Positions 41,023-50,543 of a stretch of 64,000 bases of DNA are shown here, piece by piece. The stretch is from a candidate division FCPU426 bacterium (GTDB lineage Bacteria; Oederibacteriota; Muellerivitia; Muellerivitales; Muellerivitaceae): positions 49,821 through 113,820 of the forward strand of contig CAVYSE010000023.1 in assembly GCA_963771075.1 (NCBI GenBank). Reading direction: 5' to 3'. The notes beneath the pieces are model-generated. The model saw nothing but the letters and a program-made list of their open reading frames with translations, ran no database searches and was not told the origin of the DNA. The translations under genes and the position numbers were made by a program. The stretch's first letter is position 1, and the number at the start of each line of letters is the position of its first letter.

Positions 41023-43122
41023 ATGGTTTCTATGGGTTTGATTCTGGTTCTCCTCGCGCTTGCGGGCCTGGGTTTCGGCGAATTCGCCGCCCTTCCCTTC
41101 GGGCGCCACTCCAACCTCGGGCAGAATCTTGCCGCCGGTCTGACCCTCCTCTCCTCCCTTTGCGGGGGAATAGGTTTGGCAGTCTGGTTTTCCGTAGGGA
41201 TACCGCTTTCCATCGGCATGCCCTGGCAGGTTCCCGGGGGCACTCTGGCCCTGGGGCTCGACGGCTTGACGGCATTTTTCCTGATTCCCGTTTTTCTCGT
41301 CTCCGCACTGGGGGCCCTTTTCGGCCTGGAATACTGGAAACAATCGGAGAATCCCGGATCCGGTCAATCCCTCCGGTTTTTTTACGGGTTCCTTTCACTC
41401 GGGATGGGGCTCTTGCTGATGGCCCGCAACAGCGTGCTTTTTTTGTTGGGCTGGGAAATCATGGCGGTGGCGGCCTACTTTTTGATCGTGGTGGAGGACA
41501 AAGAAAAAAACGTCCGGCAGGCCGGGTGGATCTATTGGGTTTCGGCCCACCTGGGGCTCGCGGCCCTCATGGTGATGTTTCTCCTGATGCGAAACCTGCT
41601 GGGAAGTTTCGATTGGTCGGTTTTGCCCCTGGACTCGCGGGAAAATTTACTCGGGTCCGCCCTTTTCTTGCTCGCCCTCTTCGGTTTCGGCTTCAAAGCC
41701 GGGCTCATGCCCTTTCATTTCTGGCTTCCCCGGGCCCATTCCAGCGCCCCCAGCCATGTCTCCGGCATCATGTCCGGCGTGATGCTCAACATGGGAATTT
41801 ACGGGATCATCCGGATCCTGGGATACCTTCCCCAGCCCCCGGTGTGGTGGGGTATCCTGCTGTTGGTTATGGGAATCGCCTCGGGGGTTTTGGGAATCCT
41901 CCTGGCCATCTCCGAAAGCGACCTGAAGCGCATGCTGGCCTACAGCAGTATCGAGAATATCGGAATCATCTTCATGGGTTTGGGGTTGGCCCTGGTCGGG
42001 CGTTCCTCGGGCAACAACCTCCTACTCCAACTGGGTATGTTGGCGGCGCTCTTCCATGTCCTCAACCACAGCCTGTTCAAGACCGCGCTTTTCTACTGCT
42101 CGGGCTCGGTCTTGCACGCCTGCCACACCCGCCGGATGGACCACCTGGGGGGCTTGATCCCGCTTCTTCCCCTCACCGCTTTGGCCTTCGTGTTCGCCTC
42201 CTGCGCGGCCTGCGGCCTCCCCCCCTTGAACGGATTCATCGGCGAATGGATTCTCTACCAGGGGCTTTTCCACTTGTCGGCCGGGGGGTCCATCTTTCGC
42301 GCCCTCCTGGGCACCCTGGCCATCGGGGGATTGGCCCTGATCGGCGCATTAAGCGTGGTTTGTTTCGTGCGCTCCTTCGGCACCATCTTCCTCGGTTCGC
42401 CCCGGTTTTCCCTGAAGCCCCATGAAAAGGAAAAAAAGGGGTTCATGATCTTTACCCTGGCCCTGTTGGTGGGGGCCTGCATGGGCGTGAGCTTTCTTCC
42501 CGGAAAGATCCTCTTCATATTAGGGAAGGCGATGGAAACCTGGGACACTGGCCTCTCCCCGGCTTCGCCCTCCCTTGAGAGCCTGGTTCCCCTGGGCGTC
42601 CTGGCCCTTTTGAACCTAACGTTATTTATTGTTTTGGGCGCCGGAATCGGGTGGTTTGTCTTGAGGAAACAAAAGGCGAAGCAGGCACAGCCCGCCGGGC
42701 TGGAACAGCCGATCGGGCTGGGACAGCCAATCGGGCTGGGACAGCCAATCGAGTTGGCACGACCCCACCCGCAGGGAATGGGATTGGAAACCTGGAGCTG
42801 CGGTTATATCGATCCCGCTTCTCCCCGGCTTCAATACACGGCTTCTTCCTTCGGCGAAATCCTCACGAAAACCTACCATTGGTTCATTCCCGCAAGGTCC
42901 CACCAGCCGGGCCCGGGGGGTGTTTTTGCCGGGAAATCGTGGTTTGCCACCCTTCCCTTTGACCGTATCCTCGGGGGATTCCTCATTCCTACCATCCGTT
43001 CCTGGGGGGACAAAATTTCAGTACTCTTGAAACTGCAACAGGGCCGGACTTCCATTTACCTTCTTTATATCGTGGTCATCTTCCTCGTGGCCCTTTGCTG
43101 GGGCAGTTGGAGCCTGCCATGA
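41023..43122 (+). CDS. hyfB: HyfB-like proton-translocating antiporter subunit, copy 1
   Basis: WEIM, KAGLMPFHFWLP.AH..APSHVSG.MSG, KRMLAYSSIEN, NHSLFK, GLPPLNGF.GEW, WSCGY. Confidence 0.88.
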   Translation: MVSMGLILVLLALAGLGFGEFAALPFGRHSNLGQNLAAGLTLLSSLCGGIGLAVWFSVGIPLSIGMPWQVPGGTLALGLDGLTAFFLIPVFLVSALGALFGLEYWKQSENPGSGQSLRFFYGFLSLGMGLLLMARNSVLFLLGWEIMAVAAYFLIVVEDKEKNVRQAGWIYWVSAHLGLAALMVMFLLMRNLLGSFDWSVLPLDSRENLLGSALFLLALFGFGFKAGLMPFHFWLPRAHSSAPSHVSGIMSGVMLNMGIYGIIRILGYLPQPPVWWGILLLVMGIASGVLGILLAISESDLKRMLAYSSIENIGIIFMGLGLALVGRSSGNNLLLQLGMLAALFHVLNHSLFKTALFYCSGSVLHACHTRRMDHLGGLIPLLPLTALAFVFASCAACGLPPLNGFIGEWILYQGLFHLSAGGSIFRALLGTLAIGGLALIGALSVVCFVRSFGTIFLGSPRFSLKPHEKEKKGFMIFTLALLVGACMGVSFLPGKILFILGKAMETWDTGLSPASPSLESLVPLGVLALLNLTLFIVLGAGIGWFVLRKQKAKQAQPAGLEQPIGLGQPIGLGQPIELARPHPQGMGLETWSCGYIDPASPRLQYTASSFGEILTKTYHWFIPARSHQPGPGGVFAGKSWFATLPFDRILGGFLIPTIRSWGDKISVLLKLQQGRTSIYLLYIVVIFLVALCWGSWSLP
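42697..42750 (+). repeat. In-frame 3 x 18-bp tandem repeat (GLEQPI/GLGQPI)
   Basis: GGGCTGGAACAGCCGATC followed by GGGCTGGGACAGCCAATC twice. Confidence 0.92.
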
Positions 43123-45098
43123 TCCAAACCCTGTTTTATACCGCGATAGGACTGACCGCTTTCAGCGGCGTTCCCGGATTGTTTTTCAAACGCCCCTCCA
43201 CGGGAGGGCAATTTCTTTCCATCCCGCTGTTTTGTTTGGGGTCGGCGGCCGGTTTGGCCACGGCTTTCCTTTCCTTGTTCCAAGGCGTGGGCGAAGAATG
43301 GACCCTGCCCCTTTCGGTTTGCGGGGGAAAAATTTCCTTCCTCGTCGACCCGCTCGCTTCCATTTTTTTGGCCAGCATCTTCCTCATTTCCTCTATGGGC
43401 TCTATCTATGGATTGGAATACTGGAAACAAATCCAACATCCCGAAAACGGCCGGAAGCTGAGGTTCTTTTACGGCTTCCTGACGGCGGGGATGGCCCTGG
43501 TGGTGGTTGCCCATGATTCCCTGTTTTTCCTTTTTTCCTGGGAGGTCATGGCCCTTTCGGCTTATTTCCTCGTCACCACCGAGGATGATAAAAAGGAAAG
43601 CCGGCAGGCCGGATGGGTTTATTTCGTCGCCACCCATTTTTCCACCCTTTTTCTTTTCGCCCTTTTCGCTTTTCTCCACCTGGCGAAGGGTTCCTTCGAA
43701 ATCATTCCCTTCAAGGCGGGCGAAATCCCCCCCGCCGGGGCGGACGGCCTTTTCCTCCTGGCCCTGCTGGCCTTCGGCCTGAAGGCGGGGCTATTTCCCC
43801 TCCACATCTGGCTTCCCTCCGCCCACGCGAACGCCCCCAGCCATGTTTCCGCCGTCATGTCGGGCGTCCTGCTCAAGGTTGGGGTCTACGGCCTAATGAG
43901 GGTGTGCTGGCTTTTCGCGAACCCGCCTCTCTGGTGGGGAACGCTCCTGGTCGTGATGGGAATTATTTCATCTGTGCTGGGGGTGGCTTTCGCCCTCGGA
44001 CAGCACGATCTCAAAAGACTGCTGGCCTACCACAGCGTGGAAAATATCGGGATCATCTTCCTCGGGTTGGGGCTGGCCCTCATCGGCAAAACCATGGGGA
44101 GGAGCGATCTGGTATTGCTTGGGATGGCAGGGGCCCTGCTGCACGTCTGGAACCACAGCTTGTTCAAGTCCCTTCTTTTCCTCGGCGCGGGTTCGGTGAT
44201 CCACGCCCTTCACACCCGGGAAATCGACAAAATGGGGGGAGTGGGGAAGAAGATGCCCCGGACCTCCCTGTTATTCCTGGTGGGTGCGGCGGCGATTTGC
44301 GGCCTCCCCCCCTTGAACGGATTCATCAGCGAGTTTTTGATCTACCTCGGGTTTTTCAAGGCCATGAACCTCCCCGGGTTGGAATTGAATTGGAGCTTGT
44401 GGATGGGGGTGCCCGCCCTAGCCTTGACCGGGGCCTTGGCGGTCGCCTGCTTCACCAAGGTTTACGGGGCCGTTTTTTTGGGCTCTCCCCGGTCGACTTC
44501 CGTGCCCGAGGCGAAGGAATCGGGAAGGGCGATATTATTTCCCATGGTTTTGCTTGGGCTTCTGTGCTTCTGGATCGGCTTGTTTCCCCAAACGGTGGCG
44601 CCCCTTTTGGAATCCGCGGCCCGGTCTTGGGCGCCCCTTCAGGCGGTTACTATCACCCTGGCGGCTTGCGTCCCCTTGGGCGTTCTTTCCGCTATCGGCA
44701 TTTCCCTTTGGGTGGTTTTTTTCATCGGAAAAGTTTTCCTCAGTCGGCGTCCCCAGGGCGGGAAGGCCCCTTCGCCTGTATTGACCTGGGATTGCGGGTA
44801 CATCCGTCCCACCCCTTCCATGCAGTACACCGCTTCCTCCTACGCCCAAACCCTGGTTGATTTTTTCAAATGGATTCTGGTCCCCGAAAAAAGCTCCGTC
44901 CAGGTCAAGGGAAATTTTCCCCATTTCGTTTCCTTCCACAGCCATGTGCCCGAAACCGTCCTGGACCGGGTCCTCTACCCCCTCGTGAGGGGTATCCAGT
45001 GGGTCTTTCAATGGTCCAAGTACCTGCAGGTGGGTTATTTGCAGGCTTATGTCTTTTACATTTTTCTCGCGCTGACCTTTTTCATTCTTTGGAGGTAG
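43119..45098 (+). CDS. hyfB: HyfB-like antiporter subunit, copy 2
   Basis: WEVM, KAGLFPLHIWLPSAHANAPSHVSA, KRLLAYHSVEN, GLPPLNGFISE, WDCGY; ATGA overlap with copy 1. Confidence 0.9.
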   Translation: MIQTLFYTAIGLTAFSGVPGLFFKRPSTGGQFLSIPLFCLGSAAGLATAFLSLFQGVGEEWTLPLSVCGGKISFLVDPLASIFLASIFLISSMGSIYGLEYWKQIQHPENGRKLRFFYGFLTAGMALVVVAHDSLFFLFSWEVMALSAYFLVTTEDDKKESRQAGWVYFVATHFSTLFLFALFAFLHLAKGSFEIIPFKAGEIPPAGADGLFLLALLAFGLKAGLFPLHIWLPSAHANAPSHVSAVMSGVLLKVGVYGLMRVCWLFANPPLWWGTLLVVMGIISSVLGVAFALGQHDLKRLLAYHSVENIGIIFLGLGLALIGKTMGRSDLVLLGMAGALLHVWNHSLFKSLLFLGAGSVIHALHTREIDKMGGVGKKMPRTSLLFLVGAAAICGLPPLNGFISEFLIYLGFFKAMNLPGLELNWSLWMGVPALALTGALAVACFTKVYGAVFLGSPRSTSVPEAKESGRAILFPMVLLGLLCFWIGLFPQTVAPLLESAARSWAPLQAVTITLAACVPLGVLSAIGISLWVVFFIGKVFLSRRPQGGKAPSPVLTWDCGYIRPTPSMQYTASSYAQTLVDFFKWILVPEKSSVQVKGNFPHFVSFHSHVPETVLDRVLYPLVRGIQWVFQWSKYLQVGYLQAYVFYIFLALTFFILWR

Positions 45099-45103
45099 TT
45101 ACT

Positions 45104-46015
45104 TTGACGATCCTTAATGACGTGATCCATTTGTTCATAGTCTTGTTCCTGTCGCCCCTGCTCTTGGGCGTAATCAACAAGACAAAGGCCCTGGTTGCCG
45201 GCCGGGTGGGGCCGCCGATTTTCCAGACCTATTTCGATTTATTCAAACTATTCCGGAAGGGAATGGTGTTCAGCCGCACCACCTCCTGGGTGTTCCTCGC
45301 CGGGCCCTGGGTGGGATGGATCTCCATCTTCGCCGCCTCGCTCGTGGTGCCTCTGGGCCACCACCGGGCGCCCCTGGCTTTCCAGGGCGACATGATTTTC
45401 CTGGCTTACATCTTGGCCCTGGGCAGGTTTTTCACGGCCTGCGCCGCCCTGGATACGGGGTCTTCCTTCGAGGGCATGGGGGCTTCCCGGGAAGTTTCCT
45501 TCGCCTCTTTCGCCGAACCGGCCCTGTTTTTCGGCTTCCTCGCGCTCGCGCGCCTTTCGCAGACCTACAGCCTGTCGGATATGGTGTTGGGTGAAAACTT
45601 CAGGGTGGGGCCGGACAAGATTGCCTCGCTTATTCTCATTTCCGTCGCCTGGTTCATCGTGCTCTTGGCCGAGAACAGCCGCATCCCCTTCGACGACCCC
45701 AACACCCACCTGGAATTGACCATGGTCCACGAAGTCATGGTCTTGGACCATAGCGGGCCCGCCCTGGGGCTCATATTGCACGGGTCCGCAATGAAGCTTC
45801 TTTTGCTGGGCGCCCTGGTGATGGACGTCGCCCTCCCCTGGGACACCTCGACCTTGGCGGATTGGGTTTCCTTCCTCGCCGAAATGGGGGCCCTGGCGGT
45901 CGGGATAGGCCTGACGGAATCCCTCATGGCGCGGTTGAGGCTCAAGTACATCCCCAACCTTTTGGTTTCGGCCTGCCTGTTGTCGGCCTTTGGTTTCATC
46001 CTTTTGGTGAGATGA
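45104..46015 (+). CDS. hyfC: HyfC/NuoH-like membrane subunit
   Basis: GRVGPPIFQTYFDLFKL, DTGSSFEGMGASRE, ENSRIPFDDPNTHLELTMVHE; TTG start after GGAGG. Confidence 0.9.
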   Translation: MTILNDVIHLFIVLFLSPLLLGVINKTKALVAGRVGPPIFQTYFDLFKLFRKGMVFSRTTSWVFLAGPWVGWISIFAASLVVPLGHHRAPLAFQGDMIFLAYILALGRFFTACAALDTGSSFEGMGASREVSFASFAEPALFFGFLALARLSQTYSLSDMVLGENFRVGPDKIASLILISVAWFIVLLAENSRIPFDDPNTHLELTMVHEVMVLDHSGPALGLILHGSAMKLLLLGALVMDVALPWDTSTLADWVSFLAEMGALAVGIGLTESLMARLRLKYIPNLLVSACLLSAFGFILLVR

Positions 46016-46028
46016 TTCGATTCACGCA

Positions 46029-46208
46029 TCCCCCTCTGAAAGAGGGGGATGGAGGGGGAGTTAGGTTTTTGAACGATATTTGGAAAGGCTAATACCCCCT
46101 TGATCCCCCTTTTTCACCCCCATTTCACCATGGGGAATAAAAAAATGAAAATGGGGACGTCCACATGCCCCTTGCCATTTTTTAAAGGAGGCATGGGGGA
46201 AGGGGGGA
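46029..46208. repeat. Degenerate CCCCC/GGGGG REP-like palindromic region
   Basis: CCCCCTCTGAAAGAGGGGG hairpin, CCCCCTTGATCCCCCTTT...AAGGGGGGA. Confidence 0.55.
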
Positions 46209-46275
46209 ACTAGCGGTTCAAAGGGTGCTTGAGGTTTTAGAACCTATAACAAAAACCTAAGGCAAAGGCAATTTT

Positions 46276-46384
46276 CACCGCCAAGACGCCAAGTCCGCCA
46301 AGGAGGCCCAAAGTCAAGCCTTTGATTTTAAGGATTTTCCAACTTTTTGTTTTTTTGTCGTTCTTGGCGAACTTGGCGGTTAAA
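46276..46384. repeat. CGCCAAG-unit inverted element
   Basis: CACCGCCAAGACGCCAAGTCCGCCAAG ... GTTCTTGGCGAACTTGGCGGTTAAA; the 25-bp right arm is identical to 57377-57401. Confidence 0.85.
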
Positions 46385-46449
46385 CAGGTTTTGTTAGAGC
46401 TTCTTAATAACGTCGCGGGCTTATTTGTTACGAAAGGACATTCACCATA

Positions 46450-47091
46450 ATGGAAGCAGGCATCAATTCACTCATCATCGTGCTGGTTTTGGTGAACTTT
46501 CTCGCGCTCGGCTCCAGCCAGATCGGGACGGTCATCCGCCTCTCGGCCTTTCAGGGCCTCTTGCTGGGGCTCATGCCCTTGATGATGGAAGGGGTGGGGG
46601 AAATCCACATCCCTTTCCTTTGCCTGGCCATTATCGCCATCAAGGGGTTTTTGATCCCGTCCCTCCTCTTCAAGGCCATGCGCGACGTCAAGATCCGCCG
46701 CGAGGTGGAGCCTCTTTTGGGTTTTATCCCCTCAATGTTTTTGGGGGCGCTGGGGACGGTTTTGGGGCTCCTCTATTCGAACCACCTGCCCCTGATGCCC
46801 TTGCATAAGGGCACCCTGATATTGGCCGGTTCCTTTTCCACGATCCTGACCGGGTTCATCATGCTCACCACCCGCCACAAGGCCATTACCCAGGTGGTGG
46901 GTTTCCTGATCCTCGAGAACGGCATATTCGTTTTCGGCCTGCTCCTTTTGGAAACCATGCCCTTCCTGGTGGAAATCGGGGTCTTGCTCGATCTGTTCGT
47001 CTGTATTTTCGTCCTGGGCATCATCTTGAACCACATCCAGAAGGCCTTCTCGTCGCTGGACTCGAACAAACTGACTACCTTAAAGGATTAG
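46450..47091 (+). CDS. hyfE: HyfE-like membrane subunit
   Basis: IRREVEP, QVVGFLILENGI, VEIGVLLDL; position in the operon. Confidence 0.88.
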   Translation: MEAGINSLIIVLVLVNFLALGSSQIGTVIRLSAFQGLLLGLMPLMMEGVGEIHIPFLCLAIIAIKGFLIPSLLFKAMRDVKIRREVEPLLGFIPSMFLGALGTVLGLLYSNHLPLMPLHKGTLILAGSFSTILTGFIMLTTRHKAITQVVGFLILENGIFVFGLLLLETMPFLVEIGVLLDLFVCIFVLGIILNHIQKAFSSLDSNKLTTLKD

Positions 47092-47125
47092 GGAACGATG
47101 CACTTGGCGTGTCTATAAAAATTAA

Positions 47126-47217
47126 CCCTCTCCCCTTGAGGGAGAGGGAAGGGTGAGGGGTGCTTTGACTTGAGGTAGCCCCCCCTCATCCCGACCTTCT
47201 CCCTCCGGGGGAGAAGG
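47126..47217. repeat. REP-like inverted pair (same family as 40833-40923)
   Basis: CCCTCTCCCCTTGAGGGAGAGGG..GGGTGAGGGG and CCCCCTCATCCCGACCTTCTCCCTCCGGGGGAGAAGG. Confidence 0.85.
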
Positions 47218-47364
47218 TGCCCTTATTTCTCTAACAAATCGGGAAAAGCCCGATCTTGAAAATAAGGACAACCCAGTTCTCATTTCTTTTTCCGGGCCAA
47301 TGGCCCGGAAAGGTTGAGGTGGAACAGGGTGAAAGTAACAAAACTGAACTAAGGATTAAACGAA

Positions 47365-48798
47365 ATGCTCTATTGGATTCTATTGGTTCCTTTCACCGGC
47401 GGGTTGGCGGCTTTGCTTTGGCCCTCCAACCGGTTCCGCCCCTACTTGCTTCCGGCCTTCTCGCTCGCCCATTTAATCCTGGTCCTATCCGTACTGAACG
47501 CAAATAACCTGACGGCGGCCCGGGGCTGGCTGTTGCTGGACCCGCTGGGGAAATTGGTGCTGGCGGTCATCTCCCTGTTGTTTGCCGCCTGTTTAACCTA
47601 CGCCCCGGCCTACCTGGGGAAGACACTGGAAAAGTCCAACCGCGTTTTTTGCGCCTGCCTGCTTTTCCTCTTGGCGCTCCTGTCGCTGGTCGCCCTATCC
47701 CGCCAACTGGAACTCATGTGGGTCGGCATCGAGGCCACCTCGCTGGTGAGCGCCCCCCTGATTTATTTTAACCACAACAACCGGGCCATCGAGGCGGCCT
47801 GGAAATTCCTTCTTATCTGCTCGGTCGGGATCGCCCTGGCCCTCCTGGGCACCTTTTTCATGGCCTATGCCTCCCTCGCGGGAGGCGGACCCACGACCTT
47901 CATGATGGACGACCTGGTGCGCTCGGCGGGGTCGCTTTCCAAACCCTGGCTTCACGCCGCCTTCGCGGCCCTCCTGGTCGGTTACGGCACCAAGATGGGG
48001 CTGGCCCCCCTTCACACCTGGCTTCCCGACGCGCACAGCGAATCCCCCGCCCTGGTCTCCGCCCTCTTGTCCGGCGCGCTTTTGAACGGCGCATTCCTGG
48101 CGGTATTGCGGGTCACCAAGATCCTCCATGCCGCAGGCGAAGGGGCCTTCGCGGACCGGTCCCTTTTGGCGCTGGGGCTGTTGTCCATCGCCTTCGGGGC
48201 CGTCTTTATGGCCCGTCAAAAAGATTTCAAGCGCATGCTGGCCTACTCCAGCGTGGAACACATGGGCATCCAGGTCTTAGGGATCAGCATGGGCGGGATC
48301 GGGATCTTCGGGTCCTTCCTCCATCTCATCAACAACGCCCTGACGAAGGGAATGCTCTTCCTCGTCTCGGGGAACCTCTACAGCGCCTACCACAGCAAGT
48401 CGCGCGACGACGTTTCTGGGGCCCTCCGCCGGCTTCCTATTTCGGGCCCGCTGTTCCTGGCCGGGTTCATCGCCATCACCGGTTCGCCGCCCTTCGCACC
48501 CTTCCTAAGCGAGTTCACGATCCTGCGTTCCACCTTCGAGAACCACCAATACCTGGTGGGGGGTGTTTTCCTCTTCCTCCTGATGGTGGTCTTCATGGGT
48601 ATGGGCAGTACGGTGCTGGCGGTTTGCCTGGGGGAACCCTCGGAAGCGGCGAAGGCTACGGATTATCGCGAGACCCTATTCACGGTTTTGCCGCCCCTGG
48701 TGCTGATGGGGCTGGTTTTGCTCATGGGCCTTTATATCCCTGATTCCGTGATGAAGCTTATCCAGGACGCGGTGAACGATTGGAGCATCCCCTCATGA
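47365..48798 (+). CDS. hyfF: HyfF-like antiporter subunit
   Basis: EAAWKFLLICSVGIALAL, GYGTKMGLAPLHTWLPDAHSE, KRMLAYSSVEHMG, GSPPFAPFLSE. Confidence 0.92.
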   Translation: MLYWILLVPFTGGLAALLWPSNRFRPYLLPAFSLAHLILVLSVLNANNLTAARGWLLLDPLGKLVLAVISLLFAACLTYAPAYLGKTLEKSNRVFCACLLFLLALLSLVALSRQLELMWVGIEATSLVSAPLIYFNHNNRAIEAAWKFLLICSVGIALALLGTFFMAYASLAGGGPTTFMMDDLVRSAGSLSKPWLHAAFAALLVGYGTKMGLAPLHTWLPDAHSESPALVSALLSGALLNGAFLAVLRVTKILHAAGEGAFADRSLLALGLLSIAFGAVFMARQKDFKRMLAYSSVEHMGIQVLGISMGGIGIFGSFLHLINNALTKGMLFLVSGNLYSAYHSKSRDDVSGALRRLPISGPLFLAGFIAITGSPPFAPFLSEFTILRSTFENHQYLVGGVFLFLLMVVFMGMGSTVLAVCLGEPSEAAKATDYRETLFTVLPPLVLMGLVLLMGLYIPDSVMKLIQDAVNDWSIPS

Positions 48799-50328
48799 CC
48801 CCCATGGAACATTTCGTCATCCTCGCCAACGGTTCTTCCGTGGACTATGGGCGAATCCCCCCCCTGGGTTTCGACGATTTCAGGCAATGCATGCGCCATG
48901 GTGTTGAGAAGGGTTTCCGGGTGGCTTCCTTTTTCGGGGCAGCTCCGTTCGGAGCGTCCCCCCGGGAAGGGGCCGGGGTGGACCTGGTGGCGGTCTTCGC
49001 CGACGACCCCAACAACCGGCTCCTGGTTTTCAAAACCAACGTCCGTGAGAAAGCTTTCCCCTCCCTTACGCCCGATTGCCCCCAATTGCACCTTTTTGAA
49101 AGGGAGATATTTGAGCAATTCGGGCTTACCCCCGAGGGCCATCCCTGGTTGAAACCCGTCCGGTTCGCCGGTTCGGTTTGGAACCCGAAAAATCCCGAAG
49201 GGATTCCGCCTATCGGCTTGATGGACTTTTACCAGGTCAAGGGAGACGAGGTTCACGAAGTGGCAGTGGGTCCGGTTCACGCGGGCGTCATCGAGCCAGG
49301 CCATTTCCGGTTCCAATGCCACGGGGAAGAAGTTTTTCACCTGGAGATTTCGCTCGGCTACCAGCACCGGGGGGTGGAGGAAGCCCTGATCCAGGGGCCC
49401 CACAAGGGTTCCTTCTACCAGGTGGAGGCGGCCTCGGGCGATTCCACCATCGCCCATGCCTGGGCCTATTGCCAAAACCTGGAAGATTCAGGGGCGCCAA
49501 GATCACCGCGCATGATTGGATGGTGAGGGCCATCGCCCTGGAACTGGAGCGCCTGGCCAACCATACGGGAGACCTGGGCGCGTTGGCTGGCGACGTGGGC
49601 TTCCTTCCCACCGCTTCCTATTGCGGAAGGATCAGGGGGGATTTTCTCAACATGACCGCGCTTTTATGCGGAAGCCGGTTCGGAAGAAGCCTGCTCAAGG
49701 TGGGGGGCAACCGCTTTCAGTTGGGCCTTCCCACAGGCTGGCGACCTGTTGAAACGGTTGTCCGAGGTGGAAAAGGATGTCACCCAGGCCGTGGATCTCT
49801 TGTGGGAAACGGCCTCGGTGGTGGATAGGTTTGACGATACGGGCGCCGTCAGCCAGGAACAGGCCCGGGAACTGGGTTGGGTGGGCCCCGCCGCCCGTTC
49901 CTGCGGGGTGGAAACGGACGTGCGTTTCAACCACCCCTTCGGCCCCTACCGCTTCGTGGTGGTTCCGGTTTCCACGGCCCATGCCGGGGACGTGCATTCA
50001 CGGGCCTTCGTTCGTTGGTTGGAGATCAAGCGTTCCATCCAATTCGTCCGGGAAAGATTGATGAACCTGCCCTCGCCCGAAAAGGAAAAAACCATGGGCA
50101 AAATCCCGCCCGGCCGCTTGGCGGTTTCCCTGACCGAGGGTTGGCGTGGGGAAGTCTGCCACGTGGCCCTGACGGGGAAGGACGGGCAATTCATCCGTTA
50201 CAAGATCACCGACCCCTCTTTCCACAATTGGAGCGCCCTGGCCCTTTCCATGCGCAACCAGGCCATCTCCGATTTCCCCTTGTGCAACAAGAGTTTCAAC
50301 CTTGTCCTACTGCGGCCACGACCTATGA
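48795..50328 (+). CDS. hyfG: HyfG/NuoCD-like large subunit without NiFe-binding cysteines (Ehr type); about 3 frameshifts
   Basis: FEREI, HPWLKP, VGPVHAGVIEPGHFRF, LGYQHRG, SGDSTIAH, ELERLANH, EGWRGE, DPSFHNW, SDFPLCNKSFNL then SYCGHDL-stop; indels near 49490, 49735 and 50303. Confidence 0.88.
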
Positions 50329-50543
50329 AAATAAATTCGAAAACCAACACAATAAAAACGGCTCACCAAGGGTGCGTCCACCGCAAAGAGGCAGTTAAGA
50401 CGATTAGATTTAAAGATTTTTCCTTACTGCAAGTAGAAATATTTTGGACCATTTTGGGGTTTCCCTTTTCTTTGTTTTGCCTTTCTTGGGTCTTGGTGTC
50501 TTTGCTTTGGCTGTGGGTTCTTGTTTTTCCGGGAGGTAAATGA

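Noticed and set aside
41004..44860. Long alternative-frame ORFs (473 and 415 aa)
   Set aside because: Arg/Pro/Gly-rich off-frame products of the GC-rich hyfB genes.
48795..50328. True NiFe hydrogenase-4 / formate hydrogenlyase
   Set aside because: Both Ni-binding CxxC motifs are missing and no maturation genes are adjacent.
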